DNA of 64,000 bases from Candidatus Micrarchaeota archaeon (GCA_040753215.1 JBFMEZ010000029.1:1-64000), one strand, 5' to 3'; shown: positions 9,258 through 19,603, counted from the stretch's first letter. Numbers and translations are program-made. Notes: generated by a model from the sequence alone, not told the origin.

Positions 9258-9854
9258 TCACCTGTTTTTCTCAAGGTAATCCGCAACCACGTCCGTAAGC
9301 CCGGAGGTGTGCGCCTTGTCGATTATGAGCTTAACCGTCTTCAGCACCAGCGGCACGTTGCCGCGCTGGCCTATCCAGATGTACCCGTTGTTCCCTACGA
9401 AAACGGAGCAGCCGGTCTTCTCCCTTATCTGGTTCAGCATGCTGCTCTTCTTCCCGATTATCCGCGGCACCTTGGAGGGCGGGACGCTTATCATCTTGCC
9501 GGCGGGGAGCTTGTCCACCTCCCCGATGTCCACGTTCCCGACCTCGTCCACGGATGTGACCTTGCCGTATACCATGCCCCCAAGCTCGAGGCGTATCCTA
9601 ACCTTCCTTGTCGGGACCATCCCGTTGTAGGGGAGGTTGAGGTCCACCGCATACCCGGCGTTCCTCTCGTCCACGACCATTCCGACGACGTTGTCGCCCA
9701 CTTTCGGCCTGTATGCGATCTCAAGGGGGATGAATTTGTCCTCCTTGAGCATCCCCATCACCGTCGCGTAGGTTTTTCCGCCCTGCACATAGGTGCCCGA
9801 TGCGCTGACCTCGCGTTCCCAGACCACATCGCCCGGAATTATCATGTTTTCCAT
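9258..9854 (-). CDS. rrp4: Exosome RNA-binding protein Rrp4
   Basis: S1 domain plus KH motif (KVPRIIGKKSSM, GNNGYIW). Confidence 0.95.
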   Translation of the reverse strand: MENMIIPGDVVWEREVSASGTYVQGGKTYATVMGMLKEDKFIPLEIAYRPKVGDNVVGMVVDERNAGYAVDLNLPYNGMVPTRKVRIRLELGGMVYGKVTSVDEVGNVDIGEVDKLPAGKMISVPPSKVPRIIGKKSSMLNQIREKTGCSVFVGNNGYIWIGQRGNVPLVLKTVKLIIDKAHTSGLTDVVADYLEKNR

Positions 9855-9858
9855 TTCT

Positions 9859-10554
9859 TCACCGTTCCACTATCCTCGTCTCTATCTGCCCCGCGGTCAG
9901 TTTGTTCAGCTTGTCGAACACCTCACCCTGCATCCCAGCGGGAATCTCTATCATCACTATCAGCGAGCCGTCGCCGAGCCACTGCTCCCTCTTTATCCCG
10001 TAGCTCTTGAGCGTCCCGTAGCACCTGTGCGCGTGCGCGGGCGGGACCTTCACCGCAACGCTTATCTTTTCAAATTTTATCGGGATTACCGGGAGCAGCA
10101 GCTTAACGATGCCCGGCACCTGCTCCCTCGGGTCCCTGAAGGGCTCTATGTGCACGCGCACCTGCTCCAGCGCGTTCTCCAGCCGCTGCATCGGGATGGG
10201 GGCCTTCGTGCGCGCATCTATCGCCTCGGCGCAGATTATGCCGAGGATTTTCTTCCTTGTCTCCTCCAGCTTCCTGCGCTTCTGCTCGGTGGTGAGCTGC
10301 ACCTCGCCCTTCTCCAGCATTATCTTCAGTATCTCATAGATGTCCGTCGTGCCGAACGCCTTCTTTATCGCCTCTGCCTTGTGCCTCTCGCCCTTCTTCG
10401 CATCCTCAAACACCTCCTCCACCACCAGTATGTTCTTCAGGTCCTTCTTGCTTCCCTCCAGGTAGAGGTATGCGTTGTCCGGGTCCAGGAAAAGCTCGAA
10501 GTGCCGGCCCTCCCTGTCGTAGGATGCAATAATGGCTTTGTCTAATGACACCAT
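9859..10554 (-). CDS. Ribosome maturation protein, SBDS/Sdo1 family
   Basis: FGTTD, GEVQLTTEQKR, EIPAGMQ motifs; synteny with rrp4. Confidence 0.95.
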   Translation of the reverse strand: MVSLDKAIIASYDREGRHFELFLDPDNAYLYLEGSKKDLKNILVVEEVFEDAKKGERHKAEAIKKAFGTTDIYEILKIMLEKGEVQLTTEQKRRKLEETRKKILGIICAEAIDARTKAPIPMQRLENALEQVRVHIEPFRDPREQVPGIVKLLLPVIPIKFEKISVAVKVPPAHAHRCYGTLKSYGIKREQWLGDGSLIVMIEIPAGMQGEVFDKLNKLTAGQIETRIVER

Positions 10555-10705
10555 AGAATTCCTCAGAATTCAGTGGAAGTATTCTTATGAAGAGGTGTTT
10601 TTAAACATTTGGGGCGCCAAACCAAGGAGCCTGTTGCAAATTACGGCGTAGGCGTAATCCCTGTGGTCCCCTAGTCTTGGGGTATTGGAGTCCTGTAAGT
10701 TTCCG

Positions 10706-10940
10706 AAGACCTGAAGACCATGCAAGACCTGAAGACCATGCAAGACCTGGAGACAACTGCAAGACCTGAAGACCATGCAAGACCTGAAGACCATGCAAGA
10801 CCTGAAGACCATGCAAGACCTGAAGACCATGCAAGACCTGGAGACAACTGCAAGACCTGAAGACCATGCAAGACCTGGAGACCATGCAAGACCTGAAGAC
10901 CATGCAAGACATGGAGACAACTGCAAGACCTGGAGACAAC
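10706..10940. repeat. Tandem array of ~13 units of 18/19 bp (AAGACCTGAAGACCATGC / AAGACCTGGAGACAACTGC)
   Basis: Directly visible; no unique spacers. Confidence 0.95.
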
Positions 10941-10986
10941 AACTAATTGGCATCGGTTTTAAATTTGCAACACCCTAAAACCAAGT

Positions 10987-11523
10987 ATGGCCGGAAAGAG
11001 GGTAGTGATGGTTGTTGCGCCGGAGGGCTTCCGGGACGAGGAGTTCGCCGTGCCGCGGGATTATTTCCAGTCGCATGGAATCAGCGTGGCTGCCGCGAGC
11101 GTGCGGAAAGGGGTGTGCAGGGGAGTGATGGGGACGCAGGCGGATGCCACGCTCTCCCTTGCGGAGCTGAAGGCAGCGGATTTCGATGCGGTCGTGTTTG
11201 TGGGCGGCCCGGGCACCCCGGCCGTGAGGAAGGAGGGCGAGGCGCTCCGCATAGCCAGGGAGTTCTCCTCAGCCGGAAGGGTTGTTGCAGCAATATGCTG
11301 GGCCGGCACCATTCTCGCGAAGGCGGGGGTCCTGCGGGGGAAGAACGCCACGGTCTGGTTCGGGAATGATGCGGAGTACGGGATGGACACCGGAAAAGTG
11401 CTTGAAAAATCCGGGGCGCACTATACGAAAGAAGGGGTGACCGTGGACGGGAAACTGGTGACCGCGGACGGCCCGCGCAATGCCGGGAGGTTTGCTGAAG
11501 AGATTGTAAAGGCACTGGGGTGA
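10987..11523 (+). CDS. DJ-1/PfpI family protein
   Basis: FRDEEF, FVGGPG, AAICW nucleophile, VTADGP. Confidence 0.93.
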   Translation: MAGKRVVMVVAPEGFRDEEFAVPRDYFQSHGISVAAASVRKGVCRGVMGTQADATLSLAELKAADFDAVVFVGGPGTPAVRKEGEALRIAREFSSAGRVVAAICWAGTILAKAGVLRGKNATVWFGNDAEYGMDTGKVLEKSGAHYTKEGVTVDGKLVTADGPRNAGRFAEEIVKALG

Positions 11524-12416
11524 TGGCTATGGGAATCGGGGCGAGCTTGTCAAGGGGAGTGGACCTTACATTTGCAGCGGTGAAGGAGACGGTTGAGTTC
11601 CACAGGAAGGGCTTTTGGGATTACATAAAGTACTGGGCGGTTTCCGCCGGAATAGGGATTGCCGGCCTCATCGCCATGGCGATTCCTCCTGTTGCGTTAT
11701 TCCTCGTTTTCATCTCAAATGCGCTCTCGGGCTGGGCACTGGTTGCGGCTGGGGCGGTGCTCGGCATCCTGTCCCTTGCGGCGCTTGCAGGCGCAGCCAC
11801 CCTCTCAACTTCGGTGATTTTCGCCTCCATAAGGTTTGTTGCGGGCGGGCAGAAGGAGCCGTATCTCCAGGGGAGGGATTACGGCCCTGCGTTCAGGTAC
11901 CTTGTTTTCTATTATCTCGTCATTCTTGCCGCCTCCGTGGTGCTCATCGGGATGCCGCTTGCGCTCATGTTCGGGCCGCTGCTGCTTGCGTCCGGTGCGG
12001 GTGCCGGGGCAGCCATAGCGGCAGTCACCGGAATGTTCGTGGGGATATTTTTCTTCTATGCCGGGATTTTCGCGCTTATGATCGTGGTTTACGCCTTCAT
12101 GTTCGTATACATATACGGAGTCTATGAGGTCGCTGCGGACGGGATTGCTCCGGTTGCCGCGCTGAAGCGCTCATGGGCGCTGGTGAAAAGGAATTTCTGG
12201 GAGACGCTGCTGTTTTTCATTGCCGCGCTAGTGATAGCCGAGGTGCTGAATACCCTGCTTTCGCTTGTGCTGGTGCCGTTCTTCCTGCTCGCGGTCCTCA
12301 CCCCGCTTGCATGGGTGCTGGTGGTAATCGCAGCAGTTGTGGTGAGCATCGTTGCAGAGGCAGCAATAGCTCCGGTGTACGTATTCTTCTGGCAGAAAAT
12401 CAGGAGGCAGGCTTAG
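11523..12416 (+). CDS. Multi-pass membrane protein
   Basis: About 6 hydrophobic segments; ALKRSWALVKRNFW motif. Confidence 0.8.
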   Translation: MAMGIGASLSRGVDLTFAAVKETVEFHRKGFWDYIKYWAVSAGIGIAGLIAMAIPPVALFLVFISNALSGWALVAAGAVLGILSLAALAGAATLSTSVIFASIRFVAGGQKEPYLQGRDYGPAFRYLVFYYLVILAASVVLIGMPLALMFGPLLLASGAGAGAAIAAVTGMFVGIFFFYAGIFALMIVVYAFMFVYIYGVYEVAADGIAPVAALKRSWALVKRNFWETLLFFIAALVIAEVLNTLLSLVLVPFFLLAVLTPLAWVLVVIAAVVVSIVAEAAIAPVYVFFWQKIRRQA

Positions 12417-12678
12417 GCAAACCGAGAAGCAGTGAGGTCCAGTCGTCCTCCTTCCTTCTCGGAATGAGGATGTAATGCTGCGATTGGCTGATAGCAGTGG
12501 CAACCCCATCTACAAAGCAGTCAAGGCCAAGCCAACACCGAGCCAGAAAGAGCTGGCAGCGTTTGGGCAAAGATACCAGACAGCACAAAATTACAGAACG
12601 GAGCTGTTGCAATCAGTCTCTGATCTAGGAACTCTCAGAAGAACCTTGCGGTCACGGAGCAAAACAAACTACCCTGTG

Positions 12679-13704
12679 TTAGGTATCTTGGTGCAAGTTG
12701 TTTTCAAGGAATTTGTCGTAAAATTCGCGAACTCTCTCAGTATACCCAAGTGCATGGCCCGCTGTGACGAACTGGAGGAAGCCGTCGAGTCTTTTGTTGC
12801 AGATGCGCGGCAGTTTTTCCCCATCGTTTGTTGACGCAAGTTTTGGCAGGGAATCGTTGAACTCACGTTTCACATATGCCTCGACTACGTACTCAAGCCA
12901 GTCCGTGCTCTGGAGCCTTCCAGCGATTTTGAACAGGTGAAAACCCATCGATTCGTAAAGGCCGACATCCTCGGGCCTAATCGTAGGCGACAGCAATATC
13001 TCAAAGGGGTCTTCCCTGCGTATTCTGATGCATTCCGCGCGGAATGGATCCGCTATTCTCTCACCAGAAGTGCTGTGAAGACTTTGGAAAACCCTGTGCG
13101 CCTGCCTTGCATCACATCTATAAAGGCAGCCATTGTTTGCGAGCAGTTCCACCTCGCATTTCACCTGCGAGATGATTGCCCCTAGGTCAGCGATATTGCG
13201 GTTCGCATCTTGATGCAAGATTATCCTGTCAGCACCCCTCCCTTCTATTCTTTTTGCTTTGGTCGGTCCTAGTATGTCACACCAGCTCGAGGCAACAATC
13301 TTCAGCGGAAGGCTCTTTTTAGAGCGGTGCTCGGCAGCAACGTCCATAAGGAATGTATCGGTTATTGTTACTGCTGTTGCTCCCCACTCAGCTATAAGTT
13401 CCAGAAAGCCGCAAATCCTTTTCATGAAGTTGGTGTCTGTTAGTTGAGGGTGAACAATGGAATTGAGCAGGACATTGTAGCCCACACCATGCCTGCGCGC
13501 TTCACAAATATCTCTTTTCAGGCTTTCAGTGGTGGAGTGGGAGGTGACCAGTCTCGCAGAACCAGAAATGTCGGGCGGCGCGCTGCCAAAAAATTCCTCC
13601 AAGTGCGGCGCAAACCTCTTGGTTATCCTCGGAATGCAATCCCCGCGGTTGTTGTTTGCCACGCAGAATTTTGTTTTCGGACCCTCCATGATAAAAATGC
13701 TCAT
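12679..13704 (-). CDS. U32 'peptidase' family protein (probable Fe-S protein)
   Basis: YNVLLN, LANNGCLYRC...H, IRPEDV, FKIAGR. Confidence 0.85.
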   Translation of the reverse strand: MSIFIMEGPKTKFCVANNNRGDCIPRITKRFAPHLEEFFGSAPPDISGSARLVTSHSTTESLKRDICEARRHGVGYNVLLNSIVHPQLTDTNFMKRICGFLELIAEWGATAVTITDTFLMDVAAEHRSKKSLPLKIVASSWCDILGPTKAKRIEGRGADRIILHQDANRNIADLGAIISQVKCEVELLANNGCLYRCDARQAHRVFQSLHSTSGERIADPFRAECIRIRREDPFEILLSPTIRPEDVGLYESMGFHLFKIAGRLQSTDWLEYVVEAYVKREFNDSLPKLASTNDGEKLPRICNKRLDGFLQFVTAGHALGYTERVREFYDKFLENNLHQDT

Positions 13705-13723
13705 CTCCAGAATTTAAACAAGA

Positions 13724-13741
13724 GTGGTGGTATACCACCAC
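13724..13741. promoter_or_regulatory. Perfect palindrome GTGGTGGTATACCACCAC, candidate TrmB operator
   Basis: Lies between TTTAAA boxes of the divergent U32 and trmB genes. Confidence 0.6.
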
Positions 13742-13760
13742 AACATTTTAAAAGAGAGAC

Positions 13761-14522
13761 ATGCATCTATACGTCATGGAGCTATTTGAAGGCTTGACTA
13801 GGCTGGGGTTTGCGCGCAACGACGCACGCCTTTACGCAGCGTTGTTTCAGTATGGACCCCTCTCAGCCCCTCGGCTTTCCCGCGAGTTGCACATGCACCG
13901 CCGGAACGTTTACGATGCGCTTGAAAAGCTTGCGAAGAGGGGACTCGTGAGGCAGATAATAAAAAACAGGAAGCGCCTTTTCGAGGTCTGCCCGCCGTCT
14001 AGAATAGCGGATGCAATCAAGGAGCGGCAGGAAGAGCTGAAAGAGCAGGTGAAACTGGCTGAAAGCGTCGCGGCTGAGTTTGCTAGGCTAAAAGCGCCGA
14101 CACTCCTAGCACGTGCCTTAATTTACGAAGGCAAGGATGGGCTGAAAGATGTTTTTGATGACATTCTCGCAACTGGCGCGGACTATGTTGTTTACGGTTC
14201 CCCCGGTATGGCACCCCGTATTTTCAGGAGCTTCATCGAAGACTTTACAGAAGAGCGCTGTAGGCGTCGAATTCGCCTTTCAATAATCTACAGTGATGCA
14301 GCGCGAAAGCGCGGCGAGGAAATGGCGAAAAAGCCGTTCACAAAAGTAAGGTTCATGCCTGAGAGATTTTGTTCTCCTAGTGAAACCATAGTTTACGGAA
14401 ACAAAACGGCAATTGTGCAGTGGGCACCGGATTTTTTCGCAGTTGTCATCGAAAGCAAAGAAACTGCCCATGCACAAAAGGGTTTTTTCGAGCAGCTTTG
14501 GAAGATGAGCAAGGCTTATTGA
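13761..14522 (+). CDS. TrmB family transcriptional regulator
   Basis: N-terminal wHTH (HRRNVYDAL..L.KRGLV), YEGKDGLK, C-terminal effector domain. Confidence 0.9.
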   Translation: MHLYVMELFEGLTRLGFARNDARLYAALFQYGPLSAPRLSRELHMHRRNVYDALEKLAKRGLVRQIIKNRKRLFEVCPPSRIADAIKERQEELKEQVKLAESVAAEFARLKAPTLLARALIYEGKDGLKDVFDDILATGADYVVYGSPGMAPRIFRSFIEDFTEERCRRRIRLSIIYSDAARKRGEEMAKKPFTKVRFMPERFCSPSETIVYGNKTAIVQWAPDFFAVVIESKETAHAQKGFFEQLWKMSKAY

Positions 14523-14677
14523 ATTTATTGAAACCAATAATTCCAATACCTGCCCACGACATAAGCGCTTCGTTTTTCGATGTTACTTCGCCATTTTTCT
14601 GTAAAGGCTTGGGCTTCCGTGCCGTGGGAGGTTTGGTGAAATATGCAAGATTATTGCAGTATGCTGTCTGCCACAAG

Positions 14678-15556
14678 CTAAAAACTTTCCAGCCGCCTGA
14701 TCCTTTCCTCTATCGGCGGATGGGTTGAAAACAGGCCGGTCAGCTTCTTCCCTATCGGGTCCGCGAAATAGAGCGGGGCGGTGGTCTCTGTTGCGGCGCG
14801 CACAGGCAGGTAGTGGTCCCTTATCTTTTTGAGGGCGTCCCTCAGCCCGTCCGGATAGCGGGTGAGCTTCACCGCGGTCGCATCCGCAAGGTACTCGCGC
14901 TCCCGCGAGATTGCGAATTTTACGAGCATCGCAACAAACGGGGTCACGATTGCAAGGATGAGGCCGAGCAGCACAAGCAGGCCCCCTCCTCCCCTCTCCC
15001 TCCTGCCGCTGCCTCCCCAGAGGAAGCTGCGCAGCGCAATCTCGCCCAGGAACCCGATCAGCCCTACCATCACCACGGTGATGAGCATGTAGCGTATGTC
15101 GAAATTCCCTATGTGCGACATCTCATGCGCGATTACACCCTCCAGCTCCGCGCGGTTCATGTTCTCCGCCAGCCCGCGGGTGACCACGATTGCGGAGTGC
15201 TGCGGGTCCCTCCCGGTTGCGAAGGCATTCATAGCCCGGTCTTCTATCATGTACAGTTTTGGGGCAGGGATCTGCGCGGCAAGGGCAAGCCCCTCCACGA
15301 GGTTGTACAGGTAGGGGTTCTCTTCCTTTGAAACCGGCCTCGCCCCGCTCAGTGCTAGAAGCGCCTTGTCCCCGAGGAAATAGGAGAAGAGCGCATAGAG
15401 GATTGCAATTACCGCCCCGAGCACGAACCCGCCCCATCCCATGTCGAATATCATGGAGAATGCGGAAACCGCGATAAATACGAGAAAAGTAAGAAAGAGT
15501 ATGAGCAGGAGCGAGTTTCTCTTGTTCGTGTCTATCGCATCGAAGAAGCCCGCCAT
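14678..15556 (-). CDS. htpX: Zinc metalloprotease HtpX (M48)
   Basis: NAFATG, HEMSH, SREREYLAD, STHPP. Confidence 0.95.
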   Translation of the reverse strand: MAGFFDAIDTNKRNSLLLILFLTFLVFIAVSAFSMIFDMGWGGFVLGAVIAILYALFSYFLGDKALLALSGARPVSKEENPYLYNLVEGLALAAQIPAPKLYMIEDRAMNAFATGRDPQHSAIVVTRGLAENMNRAELEGVIAHEMSHIGNFDIRYMLITVVMVGLIGFLGEIALRSFLWGGSGRRERGGGGLLVLLGLILAIVTPFVAMLVKFAISREREYLADATAVKLTRYPDGLRDALKKIRDHYLPVRAATETTAPLYFADPIGKKLTGLFSTHPPIEERIRRLESF

Positions 15557-15566
15557 CCCTGCACCT

Positions 15567-16148
15567 TCAGAACTTCACCTTCACAGGCCCGCGCTCCGCC
15601 TCGGCAACTTCGAAGTAGTCCTTCTTCGAGTGCCCGAACGCTCCCGCAAACAAGTTGTACGGGATTACTTGGATTGTCTGGTTGTACTCGAGAACGGAGT
15701 CGTTGTACGCGGTGCGGGCATATGCAATCTTGTTCTCCGTCCCTGCGAGCTCCTCCTGAAGCATCTTGAAGTTCTCGGAGGCCTTGAGCTGCGGGTAGTT
15801 CTCCGCCACCGCGAAGAGCGTCTTGAGCGTCCCTGCCAGCACGTTCTCGGCCTTCGCCTTCTCCGCGACGGTACCCGCCTGCATGAGCGCGGTCCTGGCT
15901 TTTGTAACATTCTCAAGCACTTCCCTCTCGTGCTTCATGTACCCCTTCACGGTTTCCATCAGGTTCGGTATGAGGTCGGTCCTCCTCTTAAGCTGCACGT
16001 CTATCTGCGCCCATGCGTTGTCCACGCGGTTCTTCAGCACAACGAGGCGGTTGAAGATAAGCACTATTGCGCCTATGAGCACAAGAATGAGCCCCCCGAC
16101 ACAGATGAGTGTTCCCAATCCCCCGAGCTCTAATACCTGAAGTATCAT
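15567..16148 (-). CDS. lemA: LemA family protein
   Basis: [28 protein letters not shown]; lemA-htpX pair. Confidence 0.96.
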   Translation of the reverse strand: MILQVLELGGLGTLICVGGLILVLIGAIVLIFNRLVVLKNRVDNAWAQIDVQLKRRTDLIPNLMETVKGYMKHEREVLENVTKARTALMQAGTVAEKAKAENVLAGTLKTLFAVAENYPQLKASENFKMLQEELAGTENKIAYARTAYNDSVLEYNQTIQVIPYNLFAGAFGHSKKDYFEVAEAERGPVKVKF

Positions 16149-16199
16149 GCGCATAAATGGATACCAATCGTTTTTAATCCTTTATTGCGAGCTTTTCGC

Positions 16200-16640
16200 A
16201 TGGCAGAGCGCATTCTCATAATCTCGGGGAGCAAGAGCGACGAGGAGGTAGTGAAGGGCATAACCTCCGTGCTGGACGAGTTCGGGGTGGAATGGAAATA
16301 TGAGGTTGCTTCAGCCCACCGTACCCCTGAGAAAGTTGAAAAAATAGTGAAGAGCACCTTTGCGGATGTGATTATAGCGGTGGCCGGCCTTTCCGCAGCG
16401 CTCCCGGGGGTTTGCGCCTCCCACACGCTGATTCCTGTAATAGGGGTTCCGGTTTCCGCAAAGCTCGGGGGGATGGATTCCCTCCTGAGCATCGCCCAGA
16501 TGCCTCCCGGCGTGCCCGTGGCCTGCGTGGGGATAGACAACGGGAAGAATGCGGCGCTGCTGGCGCTGGGAATCATAGGGATAAATGACAAGGATGTGGA
16601 AAAGAGACTAATTAGTTATAGGGAAAAAATGAGAAAATAG
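16200..16640 (+). CDS. purE: AIR carboxylase / N5-CAIR mutase
   Basis: [29 protein letters not shown]. Confidence 0.96.
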   Translation: MAERILIISGSKSDEEVVKGITSVLDEFGVEWKYEVASAHRTPEKVEKIVKSTFADVIIAVAGLSAALPGVCASHTLIPVIGVPVSAKLGGMDSLLSIAQMPPGVPVACVGIDNGKNAALLALGIIGINDKDVEKRLISYREKMRK

Positions 16641-16668
16641 AAATAAAAGAAAATGAAAGAAAAGGGGT

Positions 16669-17958
16669 TCACTGCTGCAGTGCGAGCTCCCATCCATTTG
16701 TGCCGTTGGCTACCGAGCCATCAACCTCTGCGAGCGTTACGTTCCAGACGTTGCCGGCCGGGTCGACGTACTCTCCAAGGTCCTGGAGAACAACTTTGTT
16801 CTTCAGCACCCTCACGGTAACGGTGCCATCGGGGTTGACCTTCCAGGCGACGAGCATCTCCCTGCCTTCCACGGTTATGCTCTCCACGCCGCCTTCCCTC
16901 TGGTCGACGGTCCTTACAACAACGCCGTTTACGGTGATTTCAATAGACCCGACGTTCCTGCCGTCCCTGGGGGCGGTTTCGGTGACCAGCATCTTTACTC
17001 CTGATTCGGAGGTGTATGTTCCGCCAACTTCCAGCGGGTCCTGCGGCTGTGCACCGTCGTTCTCCGCAAGCACGATGTAGCCGGATTCGCTGACAGCGAG
17101 GACCACCATCTTCTTTCCGAGGAGCAGCACCTCCCTGTCAAGGTCCTGCGTGCCGAGCGGTATCGCGTTCTCGAATGTAACCGTCTCCTTTAGGAGCTTC
17201 TTGGTGAGGTCCTGGCAGACTGCGCCAACCCTCCCGGCGGGCTCCACCTCTTCGCCGGTCTCGTGCAGAGTCCATACGATTGTCTCTTTGCCATAGCCGG
17301 AATCGTATCCTTCGGGATACGCGTCGGGTGCGCCTTCCACGTTGCGGTCAACGCTGACGCACCAGACGAAGCTGTCGCTCACGACCAGCGCATAGCGGTT
17401 TCCCGCGGCGTCCGTTATGAATCCGCACAGCGTCACGGTCACCGTGGTGCCGTCCTCCATGATGACCTTCCAGGACTCGCCGACCCTCACGCCAAGGCGC
17501 TCTGAAATCGGGTTGCCATTCTGGTCTATGATGTTCGTTATAACGTTTCCGTCCTTGTCGTAGAGAAGGAATTCCACATCATTCTCGTTGAGGCGGACTG
17601 CCTTGAGAAGGTAATCCTCGGTGCCTATCCTCACTGCCACGCCTTCGGTGAAAAGCGCTTCGTTCAGGGCAAGGGGCGTGGGCTCGCCTGCGCGCACCGT
17701 CCTGTCCCTCAGGTCCGGGCACACGCCCGCAGGGCTCGGGATGGGCTCGAACTGCGCGGAGCCTTCGCTGCCACCGCATGCGGCGCTGACCATGCCGATG
17801 CCGGTCGCGGTCCCAACACCTAAAAGGGCATACTTGGCCCTCCGCCACGCAGACACTCTCCGCGCCATCCTCCGCGCGTGCTCGCGTACCCCAAGTTCCC
17901 GTCCCTGCGGAGCTGTCTCCGCGGGTGCAACAGATTTTGGTTTTTGGTTTGTCATCAT
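16669..17958 (-). CDS. Secreted/lipoprotein-like beta-rich hypothetical protein
   Basis: Basic N-region, hydrophobic stretch ending SAAC; SD GGTGA before ATG at 17958. Confidence 0.75.
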   Translation of the reverse strand: MMTNQKPKSVAPAETAPQGRELGVREHARRMARRVSAWRRAKYALLGVGTATGIGMVSAACGGSEGSAQFEPIPSPAGVCPDLRDRTVRAGEPTPLALNEALFTEGVAVRIGTEDYLLKAVRLNENDVEFLLYDKDGNVITNIIDQNGNPISERLGVRVGESWKVIMEDGTTVTVTLCGFITDAAGNRYALVVSDSFVWCVSVDRNVEGAPDAYPEGYDSGYGKETIVWTLHETGEEVEPAGRVGAVCQDLTKKLLKETVTFENAIPLGTQDLDREVLLLGKKMVVLAVSESGYIVLAENDGAQPQDPLEVGGTYTSESGVKMLVTETAPRDGRNVGSIEITVNGVVVRTVDQREGGVESITVEGREMLVAWKVNPDGTVTVRVLKNKVVLQDLGEYVDPAGNVWNVTLAEVDGSVANGTNGWELALQQ

Positions 17959-18031
17959 TTCACCTACTTCCACAAATAGATATAATTTATACCCGGCAAA
18001 GGTTTTTAAATGTTGGTGATTTTGTAATTTC

Positions 18032-18604
18032 ATGAAAAAATTGGAAGTGAGGGTTCCGCATATGCTGAAGAAGCTCAGGCGCGGCCCATCGGTGATGCTG
18101 CCCAAGGACGTGGGAATGATTGTTGCATATACGTGCATCGGGAAGGATTCGCTCGTTGTGGATGCGGGCGCGGGGACCGGGTTCAACGCGATAATGCTGG
18201 GGAGGGTTGCGAAGAAGGTTGTTTCCTACGAGAGGAGGGAGGAGTTCGCGAAGCTGGCGGAAGAGAATGTGAAATCACTCGGGATGAAGAATGTAAGAAT
18301 AAGGCATGCAGACATAATGGACGGGATTGAAGAGAAGGATGCGGACCTTGTCACGCTGGACATGCCGGAGTCGGAGAAGGTACTTCCGCTTGCATACAAG
18401 GCGCTGAAGGAAGGAGGGTATTGCGTCGGCTATTTGCCGAACGTGGAGCAGGCAAAGGAGTTCTGCCTCGGGGCGCAGAAGCTTTTCCGGGAAGTATTCA
18501 TGCTTGAGAACATAGTAAGGGAATACGAAGTGAGAGATTTCGGCGTGAGGCCGAAGCACGTCGGGCTTATGCACACCGCATATCTCGTATTCGCGAGAAA
18601 ATAG
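18032..18604 (+). CDS. trmI: tRNA (adenine-57/58-N1)-methyltransferase
   Basis: PKDVG, DAGAGTG, YERREEF, LDMP, RPKH...HTAYLVFARK. Confidence 0.9.
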   Translation: MKKLEVRVPHMLKKLRRGPSVMLPKDVGMIVAYTCIGKDSLVVDAGAGTGFNAIMLGRVAKKVVSYERREEFAKLAEENVKSLGMKNVRIRHADIMDGIEEKDADLVTLDMPESEKVLPLAYKALKEGGYCVGYLPNVEQAKEFCLGAQKLFREVFMLENIVREYEVRDFGVRPKHVGLMHTAYLVFARK

Positions 18605-18644
18605 AATATTTATAAGGAATTGTGAAAGTATTATAAGAATTCTC

Positions 18645-18716
18645 GGGCTCATAGCTCAGCAGCAGAGCGCTCGCCTTGCACGCGAGAGGCCGGGGGTGCG
18701 AATCCCCCTGAGTCCA
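18645..18716 (+). tRNA. tRNA-Ala(TGC)
   Basis: GGGCTCA/TGAGTCC acceptor with G3:U70; CTCGC-CTTGCAC-GCGAG anticodon arm. Confidence 0.92.
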
Positions 18717-18777
18717 AGTCAGTTTACTGTTTCCGGTTTCCAGTTTCCGGAACCCTAAACGGGAAACCGGGAACTCT

Positions 18778-18829
18778 CTGACCCTCCCCCCACTACACTT
18801 GGAAACTCCCAGCACGTGCTCCTTACGCA
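18778..18829 (+). repeat. Distal half of a family B element (CTGACC...CTCCTTACGCA) embedded in GTTTCCN heptamers
   Basis: Matches 32510-32559 and 50500-50550. Confidence 0.7.
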
Positions 18830-18876
18830 TTTCGTTCAGTTTTCTGTTTCCCGTTTTCTGCTGCCTTCTCTCTGTT

Positions 18877-19524
18877 CTACCCACCCAGCACTTCATATCC
18901 CGCCTTCCTTATCGCATCCTTTATTTCCTTCACACTAAGCACATTCGCATCGTGCTCAATCCCAATCTCCCCGGTCGCAAAATTCACGACATTTACCTTC
19001 AACACGCCTTCCGCTCCCATCAGCGCTTTTCTTATATCTGCATCCAAGTCTACGTATTCCATACTGCGGTCCATGCTCCGAACACAGAAGGATACCCAGG
19101 CCCAGGCGCATCGGATGGGGGGAATAATTTCCGCTTCCAAGTTTTTGGCATCTGTGCGTTCGCCGGCTTTTCTTTCTTCCAATATTGTCCGTATTGTTTC
19201 TCTTCTCAGCTCCGCCTCGAGTACCTTAATTTCGTCCAATGTTGCTAATGTAAAATTATCGTATGCTCCGCCGCGCTTAACCATATATTGGATACTTCTT
19301 CTCAGAAGGGCAATCCTTAGGGCATATTCCGCTATCAGCTTGCTGCCTAGGTTTCCGGCGAGGCTCTTCCACCCCTCTTCATTTACACTTCTTTCCAGCC
19401 GTCCTATTGTGCACGGCATCTTTGGCTCCCTGATTATCGTCTCGGGCGGGACAACAGCCTTTATTCTTTCCCAGTGCTCTTTTTCCACCGGCCGTATTGC
19501 CCTTGCCAAAAAGTTCCTTTTCAT
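18877..19524 (-). CDS. Hypothetical protein with degenerate C-terminal heavy-metal-associated (HMA-like) domain
   Basis: IRKAL...EGV...VNFATG...IKDAIRKAGYEV; divergent from an ArsR gene. Confidence 0.7.
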   Translation of the reverse strand: MKRNFLARAIRPVEKEHWERIKAVVPPETIIREPKMPCTIGRLERSVNEEGWKSLAGNLGSKLIAEYALRIALLRRSIQYMVKRGGAYDNFTLATLDEIKVLEAELRRETIRTILEERKAGERTDAKNLEAEIIPPIRCAWAWVSFCVRSMDRSMEYVDLDADIRKALMGAEGVLKVNVVNFATGEIGIEHDANVLSVKEIKDAIRKAGYEVLGG

Positions 19525-19544
19525 CTTCTTCACCTCTTTCATAC

Positions 19545-19603
19545 TTTCAAATTAACATTTGAAACAAACATTATTTAAAGCTTTCCACTTTCAAATGAAA
19601 GTG
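19545..19603. promoter_or_regulatory. Two inverted repeats (TTTCAAAT-N4-ATTTGAAA; CACTTTCA-AA-TGAAAGTG), candidate ArsR operators
   Basis: Flank a TTTAAA box in the divergent promoter region. Confidence 0.55.

Noticed and set aside
10610..10690. Possible ncRNA upstream of the SBDS gene
   Set aside because: Only short stems (CCAAG/CTTGG, ATTACG/CGTAAT); no recognisable RNA family.
10706..10940. CRISPR array, or the repeat ORFs 10585-10953, 10601-10942 and 10775-10978
   Set aside because: Units are contiguous with no unique spacers and there are no cas genes. The ORFs arise because the repeat is stop-free in several frames.
12475..12834. 119-aa plus-strand ORF
   Set aside because: Overlaps the U32 gene antisense by 156 bp and has no recognisable motif.
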